64,000 nucleotides of DNA from assembly GCA_002422165.1 (NCBI GenBank), contig DITQ01000010.1, positions 56,595 through 120,594 on the forward strand, read 5' to 3'. A model generated the notes under the pieces. It did not search any database. It was not told the DNA's origin and saw only the letters and a program-made list of their open reading frames with translations. The stretch's first letter is position 1, and every line of letters starts with the position of its first letter. The position numbers were made by a program, and so were the translations under genes. Source of the stretch: Candidatus Pacebacteria bacterium UBA6180. Lineage in GTDB: Bacteria > Patescibacteriota > Microgenomatia > UBA1400 > PJMF01. Of this stretch, positions 8,166-18,224 are shown piece after piece.

Positions 8166-9509
8166 ATGCAAAAAAACACCAAAACTCAAATTAAAAACCA
8201 AGATCCCATTTTCGACCTAGTCCGGCAAGAAGAGCAGCGCCAACTAGAAATGATTGGCCTGATTCCTTCGGAAAACCAGAGCTCGGAGGCGGTCCGCAGT
8301 GTCTTGTCGTCCTGTCTGTCCAGCAAGTATGCTGAAGGTTATCCCAAGCGCCGCTACTACGAGGGCAATCAAGTCATCGATCAGATCGAAATTCTGGCTC
8401 AAGAGCGAATCAAAAAACTTTTTGATGTAGAGCACGTCAACGTTCAGCCTTATTCTGGTTCGCCCGCTAATTCGGCGGTTGAATTCGCTGTCCTGGAAGC
8501 TGGCGACACCATGATGGGTTTGGCGCTCTCAAGCGGCGGTCACCTAACTCACGGTCATCCCAAGGTGACTTTTTCGGGGCGTTACTTCAACTCGGTTCAG
8601 TATGGTTTGGACAAAAATGCTCGTATCGATTACAAGGCAGTTCGCCAGTTAGCTCTCAAGCACAAGCCTAAATTGATTGTGGCAGGCACGACTGCTTACC
8701 CTTTCGCCTTGGACTTCGCCAAATTTGCGGCCATCGCTGATGAGGTTGGTGCCTATTTGCTGGCTGACATTTCTCACATCACGGGTCTTGTGGCAGCTGG
8801 CGAGCACCAGAGTCCAGTGCCTTACGCTCACGTGGTCATGTCGACCACTCATAAAACTTTCCGTGGGCCGCGTGGAGCGATGATCATGGTCACCAAGCGT
8901 GGTTTGAAGAAAGATCCTGATTTAGCCAATAAGATTGATCAGGCCGTCTTTCCAGCCTTGCAAGGTGGACCGCACAACGAAACGACTGCCGCCATCGCCA
9001 TTGCTGCTGGCGAGGCCCTGCGACCAGAGTTTAAAAAATACGCCAAGCAAATTCGCCGCAACGCCACAGCTTTGGCAGTCGCTTTGCAGAAGGAAGGCCT
9101 AAAACTAGTTGGCGATGGCACTGATAACCATCTCTTGCTGGTTGACTTGACACCTTTTGGCGAAGGTTTTGGCACGCAAGTCGCTTTTGCCATGGATGTG
9201 GCTGGCATCTACGCTAACCGCAACACCATTCCCAATGAGCCTTGCTCACCCTTCTATCCCTCTGGCCTGCGCATCGGCACGCCGCTAGTCACCACCAGAG
9301 GTATGAAAGAGCGAGAGATGACAAAAATTGCTCAATGGATCGCTGGGGTAGTGGACCATATAAAAACCGAACAATTGCCTGCCGACAAAGCACTGCGCCG
9401 CAGCTTTTTGCAGGAATTCAAGAAACGGGTGGTCAAAGATAAGACACTTTTAAAAATTCGTGAGGAAGTAAATGAGATGGCTTTGCAATTTCCGTTATTT
9501 AGTTGGTAA
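8166..9509 (+). CDS. glyA: Serine hydroxymethyltransferase
   Basis: LIPSEN, KYAEGYP, GGHLTHG, STTHKTFRGPRG, FPALQGGP. Confidence 0.98.
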   Translation: MQKNTKTQIKNQDPIFDLVRQEEQRQLEMIGLIPSENQSSEAVRSVLSSCLSSKYAEGYPKRRYYEGNQVIDQIEILAQERIKKLFDVEHVNVQPYSGSPANSAVEFAVLEAGDTMMGLALSSGGHLTHGHPKVTFSGRYFNSVQYGLDKNARIDYKAVRQLALKHKPKLIVAGTTAYPFALDFAKFAAIADEVGAYLLADISHITGLVAAGEHQSPVPYAHVVMSTTHKTFRGPRGAMIMVTKRGLKKDPDLANKIDQAVFPALQGGPHNETTAAIAIAAGEALRPEFKKYAKQIRRNATALAVALQKEGLKLVGDGTDNHLLLVDLTPFGEGFGTQVAFAMDVAGIYANRNTIPNEPCSPFYPSGLRIGTPLVTTRGMKEREMTKIAQWIAGVVDHIKTEQLPADKALRRSFLQEFKKRVVKDKTLLKIREEVNEMALQFPLFSW

Positions 9510-9525
9510 GGGTAAAATAGACTTC

Positions 9526-10560
9526 ATGACCCTGATTTTTAACGGCGAGCAGCTAGCCAAGCAAAAAGCCCTCAAGCTCAAGCAGAAGGTGCTGTCTTAC
9601 CACGCTAAGGGGATTTATCCCAAGGTGGCCGCCATCTTTTTTCGTGAAGATGCTGCCAGCGCGCTTTATACCACCCTTAAAAAGCAAACCGCCGAAGAGC
9701 TGGGCATTGCCTACCAGGCAAAAGCTTTTTCTTTTACTGACTCCGTGGAAGAAATTCAAGCCTACATTGAAGAACTAAACGCTGACCCAAGCATCACCGG
9801 CATCATCATCCAGAAGCCCTGGACACGAAAATGGCTTGAGGTGGTGCCAGGTGGAGATTTTGCTAAATGGTGGAGCAGTTTGGTCTCGCACATCGCTACC
9901 AGGGAGTCGCACGGTGTCAACAAAGACGTCGACGGTCTGGCGCCAGCCACTTTGGCCGCGATCAAAGCCGGCACTTGGATGCAGCAGAGCATGGTTTTGC
10001 CTGCGACTGCTCGAGCGGTTTTGTCGATTCTCAAAGATTACCGTGCCAAAGTTGATCCTAACTTTTCTTATCTGACCGAAAAAGTGTTGATTATCGGCCA
10101 GTCAGATTTGCTGGGACGACCCTTATATTGGCACATCAAAAACCTAATGCAAAAGGGGGCGAGTGTGCCGGTTGCTTTCGGGGAAGCTTGCCAAATTGCG
10201 GTGGAGGAAGCGCAGACTAGCGATAAAAAGTGCGAAGTCAAATTGGTTGGTAAACAGGGATTAGGAGAGCTCATCGAACAAAAAAAGTCACTAAGAGATT
10301 TTCGCGTCATCATCAGCGCCACCGGTCAGAAAAATTTGCTTCACGGCGATCTCGTCGCTGCTCACAGTATTTTAATCGATGTGGGTGAACCGCAGGGCGA
10401 TATCGACTTTCCTAGTTGTCTCAACAAAGCTGACTTCATCACTCCTGTACCAGGTGGAGTAGGGCCGATGACGGTGATTTCCTTGATGGCCAATGCAGTG
10501 GATTTGCTGAAGAATAGTCTGCTAGAATTAAAAAAGCAAACGGAAGGATCAAATGATTAA
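9526..10560 (+). CDS. folD: Methylene-THF dehydrogenase/cyclohydrolase (divergent, with insertions)
   Basis: YTTLK, KDVDGL, GQSDLLGRP, TPVPGGVGPMT; start placed at ATG 9526 after the glyA stop. Confidence 0.9.
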   Translation: MTLIFNGEQLAKQKALKLKQKVLSYHAKGIYPKVAAIFFREDAASALYTTLKKQTAEELGIAYQAKAFSFTDSVEEIQAYIEELNADPSITGIIIQKPWTRKWLEVVPGGDFAKWWSSLVSHIATRESHGVNKDVDGLAPATLAAIKAGTWMQQSMVLPATARAVLSILKDYRAKVDPNFSYLTEKVLIIGQSDLLGRPLYWHIKNLMQKGASVPVAFGEACQIAVEEAQTSDKKCEVKLVGKQGLGELIEQKKSLRDFRVIISATGQKNLLHGDLVAAHSILIDVGEPQGDIDFPSCLNKADFITPVPGGVGPMTVISLMANAVDLLKNSLLELKKQTEGSND

Positions 10561-11089
10561 ACCGAATGAACCTCAAACTGTTTTAAGTGCCATTGCTGAT
10601 TCAAAATTAGAAAAAATTGGTTTCACTGCTGTTCCAGGCATGCATGAAATTGACAATTCCAGATTAGAGCGTATCGCCAGATATTTAGAAGCGGTGGCCG
10701 TAGTAGCTAGTAATCCTACGATTAAAGCTGCAACTCTCAAAGTAATTGATGAACAAATAGATTTAATTCAGCAAAGAGATCTTACAGATCTATATGAAAT
10801 TATGAATTTAATTAGAAGAATAATTGCAAATTTTACTAATGAGCCAGCTTTAAAACTAGCTCTCGAATACGCATCTTCAGACAGATCTCAAGACTTAATC
10901 GCTAGAGAAGGGCAGGGTTTGGGCATATATTTAAAAGACGAGCGATTGTTAGACGCAGCGCTTTCAGCTTTAGAATTAGCCAAAGAAAAATACGCTCAAG
11001 AGCATGGTGGTAGAGCTTACCAGACATCTGAGCAGTTGGAAGCCTTAGCTGAGGCAAAAACACGTTCTGCAAAAGCCAAAATTCAATAA
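10553..11089 (+). CDS. Hypothetical helical protein
   Basis: 178 aa ORF overlapping the folD stop; AT-rich; no recognised motif. Confidence 0.65.
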   Translation: MIKPNEPQTVLSAIADSKLEKIGFTAVPGMHEIDNSRLERIARYLEAVAVVASNPTIKAATLKVIDEQIDLIQQRDLTDLYEIMNLIRRIIANFTNEPALKLALEYASSDRSQDLIAREGQGLGIYLKDERLLDAALSALELAKEKYAQEHGGRAYQTSEQLEALAEAKTRSAKAKIQ

Positions 11090-11092
11090 ATA

Positions 11093-11596
11093 ATGCCTCT
11101 AGATAATACTCAAGAACTTTTTTACCGCGTCGATGATGACGATCAAGTTTTAGGCTCCGTGACTAGGGGAGAGGCGCACCAAAATTCTGACATCAAGCAT
11201 CGCAGTATTTTCATCTTGGTTTTTAATGAGGCGGGAGAGCTGTTGCTGCAAAAACGCAACGAGAATAAAGACACCTTCCCTGGCTTTTGGACTTTGTCCG
11301 CCAGTGGCCACGTCAATTATGGCCAGACTTACGATGAAGCCGCCAAGCGCGAACTTAAGGAAGAATTAGGTTTAGAAATCGACTTAACCACCCAGAAGAA
11401 AATTTATCTTCCAGAAGAACGAGAATTTTGCTTTATTTATAAGGCTTTTTTGCCAAATGAGCGCGCAATTAATTTCGACCGAACGGAAATTAGTGAAGTG
11501 CAGTTTGTGAAAACTCGCAAGCTTGAAGCTTTTGCGCAAGGGCATTCGATGACTCCTTCGTCAAAAAGAGTGTTGCAGGCTATGGATTTATCCTGA
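11093..11596 (+). CDS. NUDIX hydrolase (Idi/YfcD-like)
   Basis: HRSIFILVFN, LLLQKR, GHVNYGQTYDEAAKRELKEELG Nudix box. Confidence 0.9.
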   Translation: MPLDNTQELFYRVDDDDQVLGSVTRGEAHQNSDIKHRSIFILVFNEAGELLLQKRNENKDTFPGFWTLSASGHVNYGQTYDEAAKRELKEELGLEIDLTTQKKIYLPEEREFCFIYKAFLPNERAINFDRTEISEVQFVKTRKLEAFAQGHSMTPSSKRVLQAMDLS

Positions 11597-11722
11597 CTTT
11601 GTGTTACAATTCCCTCTATTACAAACTTGTGTGCTCTAGAGCTTTGGTCCTGATCTAGCCCTAAGCACCGTTTTTTGCTTTTAGCCAAAAAAGCCAAGCA
11701 AAAATAAACAAAGGACAAACAT

Positions 11723-12673
11723 ATGACAGAAGTCAAAAAGACAGCCAAAAAAGCTCCAGTCAAAAAAGTTGCCAAAGCTGCTAAGCCAGAGGCTAAAGCC
11801 GCTCCTAAAAAAGCAGTCGCTAAGAAGGCCTCCGCTCCTAAAAAGGTTGTTGCCAAAGAGCCAGCCGTTAAAGTTAAAGCAGCAGAAGAAGTCAAAGCTT
11901 CAGTTGCCCCAGAAACTACCATTGAAGCCCCTGCAGCAGTCGAAGCAGCCAAAGCCGCTGCTCCAGTCAAACCAGCCACCACTAATACCGCCGAAATTAA
12001 CCTTCAGGAAATGTTGGAACTTGGTTGTCACTTTGGCCACCAGGCCAGCAAGTGGCATCCGAAGATGGCCGAATACATCTATGCTCAAAAAGACGGTATT
12101 CATCTTTTCGATTTGCCCAAGGTCGGTGAGCTTTTAGAAGCAGCCAAAGCTTACGTCTACAACCTCGCCAAAGAGGGCAAAACCCTAGTTTTACTGGGTA
12201 CCAAGAAGCAAGCTCGCGACGTGGTCAAAGAGGCCGCTATGGACGCTTCTTGCTTTTACATCAACGCTCGCTGGATGGGGGGTCTACTGACCAACTGGCC
12301 TCAAGTCAGCAAATCCATCAAGCGCATGGAAGAGATTCGTGAAGGTCTGGCGACTGACAAATATAAGGGTTACACCAAATACGAGCGTGTCCAGCTAGAA
12401 AAAGAACAAATCAAACTCGAACGCTTTTTTGGCGGACTCAGGGGTTTAAAAGGCAAGCCAGACTGTATTTTCATCGTTGATCCTAAGAAGGAACATATCG
12501 TCGTCGCTGAAGCCAACAACGTCAATGTGCCGGTGATTGCCTTGACTGATTCAGACAGTGATCCACGCCCAGTGCAATTTGTCTTGCCCGGGAACGATGA
12601 CGCCGTCAAAAGTATCAAGTACTTCGTCGATCACATCGCCGCCGCTTACAAAGCTGGTCGTGCCGCCAAGTGA
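11723..12673 (+). CDS. rpsB: 30S ribosomal protein S2 with Lys/Ala/Pro-rich N-terminal extension
   Basis: GCHFGH, WHPKM, GTKKQA, RWMGGLLTN, PGNDD. Confidence 0.97.
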   Translation: MTEVKKTAKKAPVKKVAKAAKPEAKAAPKKAVAKKASAPKKVVAKEPAVKVKAAEEVKASVAPETTIEAPAAVEAAKAAAPVKPATTNTAEINLQEMLELGCHFGHQASKWHPKMAEYIYAQKDGIHLFDLPKVGELLEAAKAYVYNLAKEGKTLVLLGTKKQARDVVKEAAMDASCFYINARWMGGLLTNWPQVSKSIKRMEEIREGLATDKYKGYTKYERVQLEKEQIKLERFFGGLRGLKGKPDCIFIVDPKKEHIVVAEANNVNVPVIALTDSDSDPRPVQFVLPGNDDAVKSIKYFVDHIAAAYKAGRAAK

Positions 12674-12692
12674 ACTGACAGAAAGTAAACTA

Positions 12693-13151
12693 ATGAACAT
12701 TTCCATGGATCAAATCAAAAAACTCCGCGAACTAACTGGTGCTCGCATCTTGGATTGCCAGAAAGCGCTGCAGGAAGCCGCTGGCGATCTGGACAAGGCC
12801 GTGGCCATTGTTGAAGCTAAAGGTTTAGCGAGAGCAGAGAAGAACCAAGATCGTGAGACCAAGGTTGGTTATATCGCCACCTATACTCACAACACTGGCA
12901 TGGTCGCAGCCATGGTCGAGATGCTTTGTGAGACTGATTTTGTCGCCCAAAACGAAGAATTTCGTCAGATGACTCGCGACATCGCCATGCAGGTAGCCGC
13001 CATGGGCGCTGAGAACGTCGAGGATTTACTGCAGCAAGACAGCATCAAAGACCCCGAGAAAACTGTCGAGCTAGTGATCAAGACTCTCTCTGGTAAAATC
13101 GGCGAGAAAATGATCTTGAGCAGATTCGAGCGTTTCGCCATCGCTGCTTAA
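12693..13151 (+). CDS. tsf: Elongation factor Ts (short form, 152 aa)
   Basis: IKKLRELTGA, CETDFVAQN; follows rpsB; ATG at 12693. Confidence 0.95.
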   Translation: MNISMDQIKKLRELTGARILDCQKALQEAAGDLDKAVAIVEAKGLARAEKNQDRETKVGYIATYTHNTGMVAAMVEMLCETDFVAQNEEFRQMTRDIAMQVAAMGAENVEDLLQQDSIKDPEKTVELVIKTLSGKIGEKMILSRFERFAIAA

Positions 13152-13170
13152 GTTAAAATGAAATTTAGAG

Positions 13171-13200
13171 AAGCCTGCTTGCTCGCAAGCAGGCTTTTTT
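13171..13200 (+). terminator. Intrinsic terminator after rpsB-tsf
   Basis: aagcctgcttgc-tc-gcaagcaggctt followed by a T run. Confidence 0.85.
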
Positions 13201-13233
13201 GTAAGATTAAGCCGCGCTATCAAAGCAAAAAAC

Positions 13234-14082
13234 ATGCTCAAAGATTATTCTGCCGTCGCCAAAACTGCCAAAGTCAAAAAAGAGACAATTCTTAAGCAGG
13301 GTTTGACCTGGAAAATTGCTTTGTTTCTGTTATTTTCGGTCGTAGTTATTGTAGTAATTTTGCTAGGGCTGGGTGAATTTCGCAAGCTTTTCTCACTGCG
13401 TGACAACCAGCGCATTCTGTTGGTGCACAACCACCAGCCAGTGGCAGTCTTGTCTTTTCGCGTAGCTGAGAATCAGCTCCTGATTAGCGACTTGCGCACT
13501 ACCGAGTTTGATTTGAAAATGGAGAATTGGGAGAGCGATGAGCTAGTGGCGACTGAGGCATCGAGCAACCTAATTTATAGTTTTATTTTGGGCACAGTTC
13601 TTGATCAAGTTGATGATTATCAATTTGAGGATTTTAGCAAAACCAATCTGTTGAATTTTTTCAAGGCAAAGCGGTCTCACTATTTATTTCTCCAAAATCC
13701 AGACCTCTTAATCAGAGAACAGCGTTTTAGCGGGAGTTTACCTGCTTTGCGCGAGAGTGATTTTGCTTGCCCGATCGCCTTAATTAACACTACGACTGAA
13801 AGCGGCTTGGCTACGACGATGGCCATGGTTTTGCAGCAGAGTTCTTTTTCGATTGTCAAGAAAGACAGCACCAAGGATAATCTTACTCAAAGTAAAATCG
13901 TCTATGATCCGCAAGTGCCAGCATGTAAGTCAGTTTTAGCGAAGCTGCAGAAATTTTTACCAGGTAGTTTTTTGGAGGCTGACGAGACAATCGAAGCAAC
14001 CCATCGCAGTAGCGTGGCGGTTTATATTGGTCAAGATTTGGCGAAACTACACGTCTTTTTTGTTGATCTTTTCCATCGCTAA
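13234..14082 (+). CDS. Membrane-anchored protein with LytR C-terminal-like domain
   Basis: N-terminal TM; INTTTESGLA...VAVYIGQD pattern. Confidence 0.65.
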   Translation: MLKDYSAVAKTAKVKKETILKQGLTWKIALFLLFSVVVIVVILLGLGEFRKLFSLRDNQRILLVHNHQPVAVLSFRVAENQLLISDLRTTEFDLKMENWESDELVATEASSNLIYSFILGTVLDQVDDYQFEDFSKTNLLNFFKAKRSHYLFLQNPDLLIREQRFSGSLPALRESDFACPIALINTTTESGLATTMAMVLQQSSFSIVKKDSTKDNLTQSKIVYDPQVPACKSVLAKLQKFLPGSFLEADETIEATHRSSVAVYIGQDLAKLHVFFVDLFHR

Positions 14083-14784
14083 CTCGAGTTCGTCTTCGTC
14101 ATTTTCTTCACCTGTGACTTCAAAAGGAATATCCTCTTCTAGGATGAAATCATTGGGGAGAACCAAGTTGCCTTGTGATTTGCTGGGAAATGAAATTAAT
14201 TGTGAATTTTTCTTGGAGCGAAAGGTTTCTTTGATTTGCACTAAACACTGTTTTTCGTTAACCTTATAGACAACACAGCGATATTCGTTGCCATTGCCAA
14301 TCAGTTTGCTCAAGCGAAAAGAAATGTCCTCAGGTAAAGCACCAATGTGTTTGCCATGTTCATCAACGATGCTGATGTAGCGATTTTTTAGTTGCAGTTT
14401 GCAAACTTGGCCAATTTTGACTTTCTTGATTTGTTCTCGACCAGTAAGGCGATGTAAAGCGACAATCTTGCTTTTTCCTGGTTCTTCGATGAAGTCATTG
14501 TTTTTGTCAAAAATAATGTCAGGACTAACTTCATTATTTTTAAGTTTACTCAAGTGTTTATTAGCGATAATGTTGGAACTATCGATCTCCAAAACCTGCC
14601 TAAAAGTTTTTTTGGCCAAGCCAAGTTGTTCGGTTTTAAGCAGCGCCAATCCAAGGCGATTCATCGCTTCCAGATCACGGCTATTTTGTTCTAGGATTTC
14701 TTGGTTGAGGGCAATGGCTTTTTGCCAGTCGGCATTTCTGGCGGCATTAATGGCTTCTTGTCGAAGGAGCATTTGGCTTTGCAT
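14047..14784 (-). CDS. TPR protein with HIRAN-like domain and acidic tail
   Basis: TPR-like helices at N-terminus; HIGALPEDISFRL; TTGACT-17-TAACAT upstream on minus strand. Confidence 0.7.
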   Translation of the reverse strand: MQSQMLLRQEAINAARNADWQKAIALNQEILEQNSRDLEAMNRLGLALLKTEQLGLAKKTFRQVLEIDSSNIIANKHLSKLKNNEVSPDIIFDKNNDFIEEPGKSKIVALHRLTGREQIKKVKIGQVCKLQLKNRYISIVDEHGKHIGALPEDISFRLSKLIGNGNEYRCVVYKVNEKQCLVQIKETFRSKKNSQLISFPSKSQGNLVLPNDFILEEDIPFEVTGEENDEDELELAMEKINKKDV

Positions 14785-14952
14785 GAGTAGAACCTTCCTT
14801 TAAAATTCTCCGAGATGTTACAGGTCTCACTTGTAAAAGTCAATAGTCCTCTCAAATGTCATCAGAAAAGACTAAAACATGCTAAAATCTATACTTAACT
14901 AGCCAATTGTCTTGTTTAGCAGGAAGTCTAATACCCAAAGAGAAAATTTATT

Positions 14953-15513
14953 ATGTCTGGTCACAGTAAATGGAACAACATCAAAAATCGTAAGGGCGCC
15001 CAGGACAAGCTCAAAAGCAAAGTCTTTAGTCAGCTGTCTCGCCTGATTAGGGCGGCTGCTCGTCAAGGCAATTCTGGCGATCCCAAGAGCAACCCGAGCT
15101 TGCGTCTGATTCTCGATAAAGCACGCTTAGCCAACATGCCCAAGGATAAAGTTCAAAAAGCCATCGATGTCGGCTTGGGTAAAAATGACGGTAAACAGAT
15201 TCAAGAGATAGTTTATGAAGCTTTTGGTCCTGGTGGTACAGGAATGATGATCGTCGCTCTCGCTGACAACGTCAACCGCAGCAGCTCAGAAATTCGTTTC
15301 ATTCTAAGCAAATTTGGCGCCTCCCTCGGTTCTCCTGGTTCAGCCAAGTACATGTTTAGTCGCAATGACGAAGGCGAATTTGTTGCTACTATGAAACTTG
15401 AGTTGAGTGGGGAAGATCAGTCAAAAATGCTTGAATTAATGGACAGTTTGCGGGAGAACGAAGATGTGGAGGATGTTTTTGTTGCTTGCGACCTCCTCGA
15501 TTCGTTAGATTAA
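14953..15513 (+). CDS. yebC: YebC/PmpR family protein (short form)
   Basis: MSGHSKWNNIK, NMPKD, YEAFGPGG, DNVNRS. Confidence 0.95.
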   Translation: MSGHSKWNNIKNRKGAQDKLKSKVFSQLSRLIRAAARQGNSGDPKSNPSLRLILDKARLANMPKDKVQKAIDVGLGKNDGKQIQEIVYEAFGPGGTGMMIVALADNVNRSSSEIRFILSKFGASLGSPGSAKYMFSRNDEGEFVATMKLELSGEDQSKMLELMDSLRENEDVEDVFVACDLLDSLD

Positions 15514-15529
15514 TTAGGATTATTTAAAT

Positions 15530-16297
15530 ATGCGTCGTCGAGAAAAATTTGTCATTGTTTCTGTTTTGCTCAGCGCTGGACTTTTGGCTACCCAATATAT
15601 TCCACTTGATTGGCGCTATTTGAGTATTCTAGTCTTGTTTTTGCTATCATATTTGAGTTCAGTTTGGGCCTTGTCAGACGATTTGCAGGCTCACGAGTGG
15701 TTAACCATTGTTCCTTTTCCGGCTCTGTACGCGAGCGCAGTAGCCTTGTTTTATTTTTTATTACCAGAGATTTTTTGGTCGAGATTGATTGTCATTTTGG
15801 TTTTTGGTGTCGGTATGTATGGCTTGTTTTTGACTTCTAACATTTTTTCAGTTGCCAAAGGTCGCACGATTCAGTTACTTTATGCAGCTCATGCAGTTGG
15901 TTTGTTTTTTACCATGTTGACCTCGCTTTTGTTTAGCAATGTCATTTTTTCGCTGCGCCTGCCTTTTTACTACAATGCTTTGCTTCTTTTTGCCAGTCAT
16001 TTTCCACTGGTTCTGATGTCTCTCTGGTCAATTGAATTGCGCCAGAAAATTAGTCGCGAACTTACCCTTTATTCTCTGGTTTTTAGTTTAATTTTGGCTG
16101 AGTTGGGAATTTTATTTTCTTTCTTGCCTTTGCAAATTTGGAGTCAGGCTCTTTTTGTCATGTCTTTTTTGTATTTAGGTCTTTCTATCCTTCAAAATCT
16201 CTTCAAAGGTAGGTTATTTCGCAATACCATCAATGAATACAATTTAGTTGCTTTCTTAATGTTGTTTTTGTTTATCATTTTGTTTCCTTCTAAATAA
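15530..16297 (+). CDS. Polytopic membrane hypothetical protein
   Basis: 255 aa with many hydrophobic segments. Confidence 0.8.
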   Translation: MRRREKFVIVSVLLSAGLLATQYIPLDWRYLSILVLFLLSYLSSVWALSDDLQAHEWLTIVPFPALYASAVALFYFLLPEIFWSRLIVILVFGVGMYGLFLTSNIFSVAKGRTIQLLYAAHAVGLFFTMLTSLLFSNVIFSLRLPFYYNALLLFASHFPLVLMSLWSIELRQKISRELTLYSLVFSLILAELGILFSFLPLQIWSQALFVMSFLYLGLSILQNLFKGRLFRNTINEYNLVAFLMLFLFIILFPSK

Positions 16298-16326
16298 AAA
16301 AGATTGATACATCAATCTTTTTTATT
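16293..16326. terminator. Bidirectional terminator-like palindrome
   Basis: aataaaaaagattgat-ac-atcaatcttttttatt, a perfect 16-bp inverted repeat. Confidence 0.6.
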
Positions 16327-16971
16327 GATTATTCCTCAAGCAGGGTAGAGTGATTGGGGTTTTGCAGGCGTCAGTTAGACCTAATGAGAAGAGTTGGTTG
16401 GAAAATAATCAGATTTTCCGACGCCTTTTCGATTTAAAAAGGCTTAAAAAGCAAAAAGCAGTCGGAAATAAATTTTTTTTAAATAAATTAAACTAGGGAA
16501 GAGGTCTGGAAAATTTTGGCATACCCATGTAAACAGGGTAGAGTGATATAGTTTGATACAGTCGTGAAAATTGTGGAAAACTCAAAAGTTATAGGACTTT
16601 GTAGCCTGGAGTGACCTAGTTTGAGCTATAAAACTTAGATAACTTGCTGCAAAAGTATGCGGTAATAAATTCGTCTTGATTTCCCAGATCAGGGCGAATA
16701 AGTTAATCTCGATATCTGCCAGATGAGCTTGGGCCTCTATTCTGAATAGTTTAAGTGTTCAAAATATCCTGATAAGTCAATAAAAAACCCGAATAGACTT
16801 ATCCAGGGAGGGGTCAAAGGTAGGAGCTTATGTCTGAAGCAAGAAAGTCGCTAAGGGGTGCAGGCGCGGAGAGTGTAAAGCGCTCTTAAAAGAATAAGCA
16901 AGAAATTATTTTCTAACACTTCTGCCCCAGCAGTAGGGGGTCAGTTTTTTTGAAATTAGGCTAGATAGATT

Positions 16972-16999
16972 ATGTCGCACAATATAACTTTTGCGACAT
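16972..16999. other. dif-like recombination site (11-6-11)
   Basis: atgtcgcacaa-tataac-ttttgcgacat; near-palindromic arms resembling the XerC arm of dif; Xer gene ~1.2 kb downstream. Confidence 0.65.
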
Positions 17000-17362
17000 A
17001 AACAACTAATTAAGCCGAGAGGGTTCTTTTTATTTGTTTACCTTTTGTTTTCATTTCTTCGCACCAACTCGATGTTTACAGCTGTTTTATGGCTAGTTCT
17101 CCTCTGGGACTGCTCGCCTTCGCTGTCAGATCGTAATTAGTCAGTTTGACTCCTAACTGCCTATCTAGATGATCTGCCCCAGATGTGCCCAGGCTAAGAA
17201 TCTCTGTCTCGTGGAGCAGCCATTAGACAAATAAACTGATATATCAAGGTATTTACCTCTAGTGAGCCGTTTAGCGGCCCAAAATCGGCTTTTTATGGCG
17301 GAGGCTTGCCTTGGTATCGGCTGAAATGAGTGAATCGCTCATGTTACAATCGTTTTTGGCAA

Positions 17363-17947
17363 ATGACAGAGCTTTTTCTAAGCAAACCAGCACTTCGTTA
17401 TAAAAACAGCTTCTTGGAAGCAGTGCGGGAGGTGCAGGCTGAGCGAGCCAGCAATCCTTTCAGCGCCACGATGGCGGAAAACCACTTAGACATCGACCAG
17501 CTACGAGACGACTTTCTTTTCGAAGGGTTTTTGGAAAAAATGGAGCGCGAGTCGCTAGCCACGACCACTGATGAAAATGGCTATGTGCCAAACACAACTT
17601 TGTGGTTGATTGGGCGAGCGGCTGACGACACTGAGGTTTTCATCGGCCGCGTCAACATTCGTCACTACCTAACTGAGAAATTACGCAATACTTTTGGACA
17701 TTCGGGGTTTTTAATTCGACCGACAGAACGTGATAAAGGCTACGGGCGATCGCTGCTTCAGTTAGCGTTGTTCAAAGCTAAAGAGATTGTTACTGATGCG
17801 GAAAAATTTGACCACAAAGTTCTAATCACTTGCAGAGCCAACAACGCCATTTCTCAAAAAATTATCATAGGCGCTGGCGGCATCTTTGAACGGAGCGTCA
17901 TTTTGCCAAGCGGCGAGAGCGAGCTGCTCCACTGGGTACCACTTTAA
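17363..17947 (+). CDS. GNAT-family acetyltransferase
   Basis: GRVNIRH, GHSGFLIRPTERDKGYG, NAISQKII; ATG 17363 follows TGtTACAAT. Confidence 0.85.
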   Translation: MTELFLSKPALRYKNSFLEAVREVQAERASNPFSATMAENHLDIDQLRDDFLFEGFLEKMERESLATTTDENGYVPNTTLWLIGRAADDTEVFIGRVNIRHYLTEKLRNTFGHSGFLIRPTERDKGYGRSLLQLALFKAKEIVTDAEKFDHKVLITCRANNAISQKIIIGAGGIFERSVILPSGESELLHWVPL

Positions 17948-18224
17948 CGAGTTCTCCCCTCTCTGGAATCTCGAGGGCCTTTTTGGTGTGAATGCTATAT
18001 TGTGAAAAGCAGCTGCAACAGCATTCTCTATGGCAAAAAAGACTGATTCATAGCGAGAAATGTCATATAGATCAAATTAGCAGAATTTAGACTCGTCTGC
18101 CAAAGACTGATAATAATTCCTAAAAAATGAAAAGAAAAAACCTTACCAATTGATAAATTGATTGAAACGCTGCTGCCGCTAGTGCATTAAGCTTAAATTT
18201 ATTGTAGATTGAAGTCAGTAACAA

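Noticed and set aside
11437-11982. 181-aa antisense ORF and similar shadow ORFs (e.g. 56426-57013, 14399-14803)
   Set aside because: They lie opposite well-supported genes and reflect codon bias or low complexity
16327-17340. tmRNA, RNase P or SRP RNA
   Set aside because: No tRNA-like ends, no GAGGAAAGUCC, and no SRP domain IV motif found by eye on either strand
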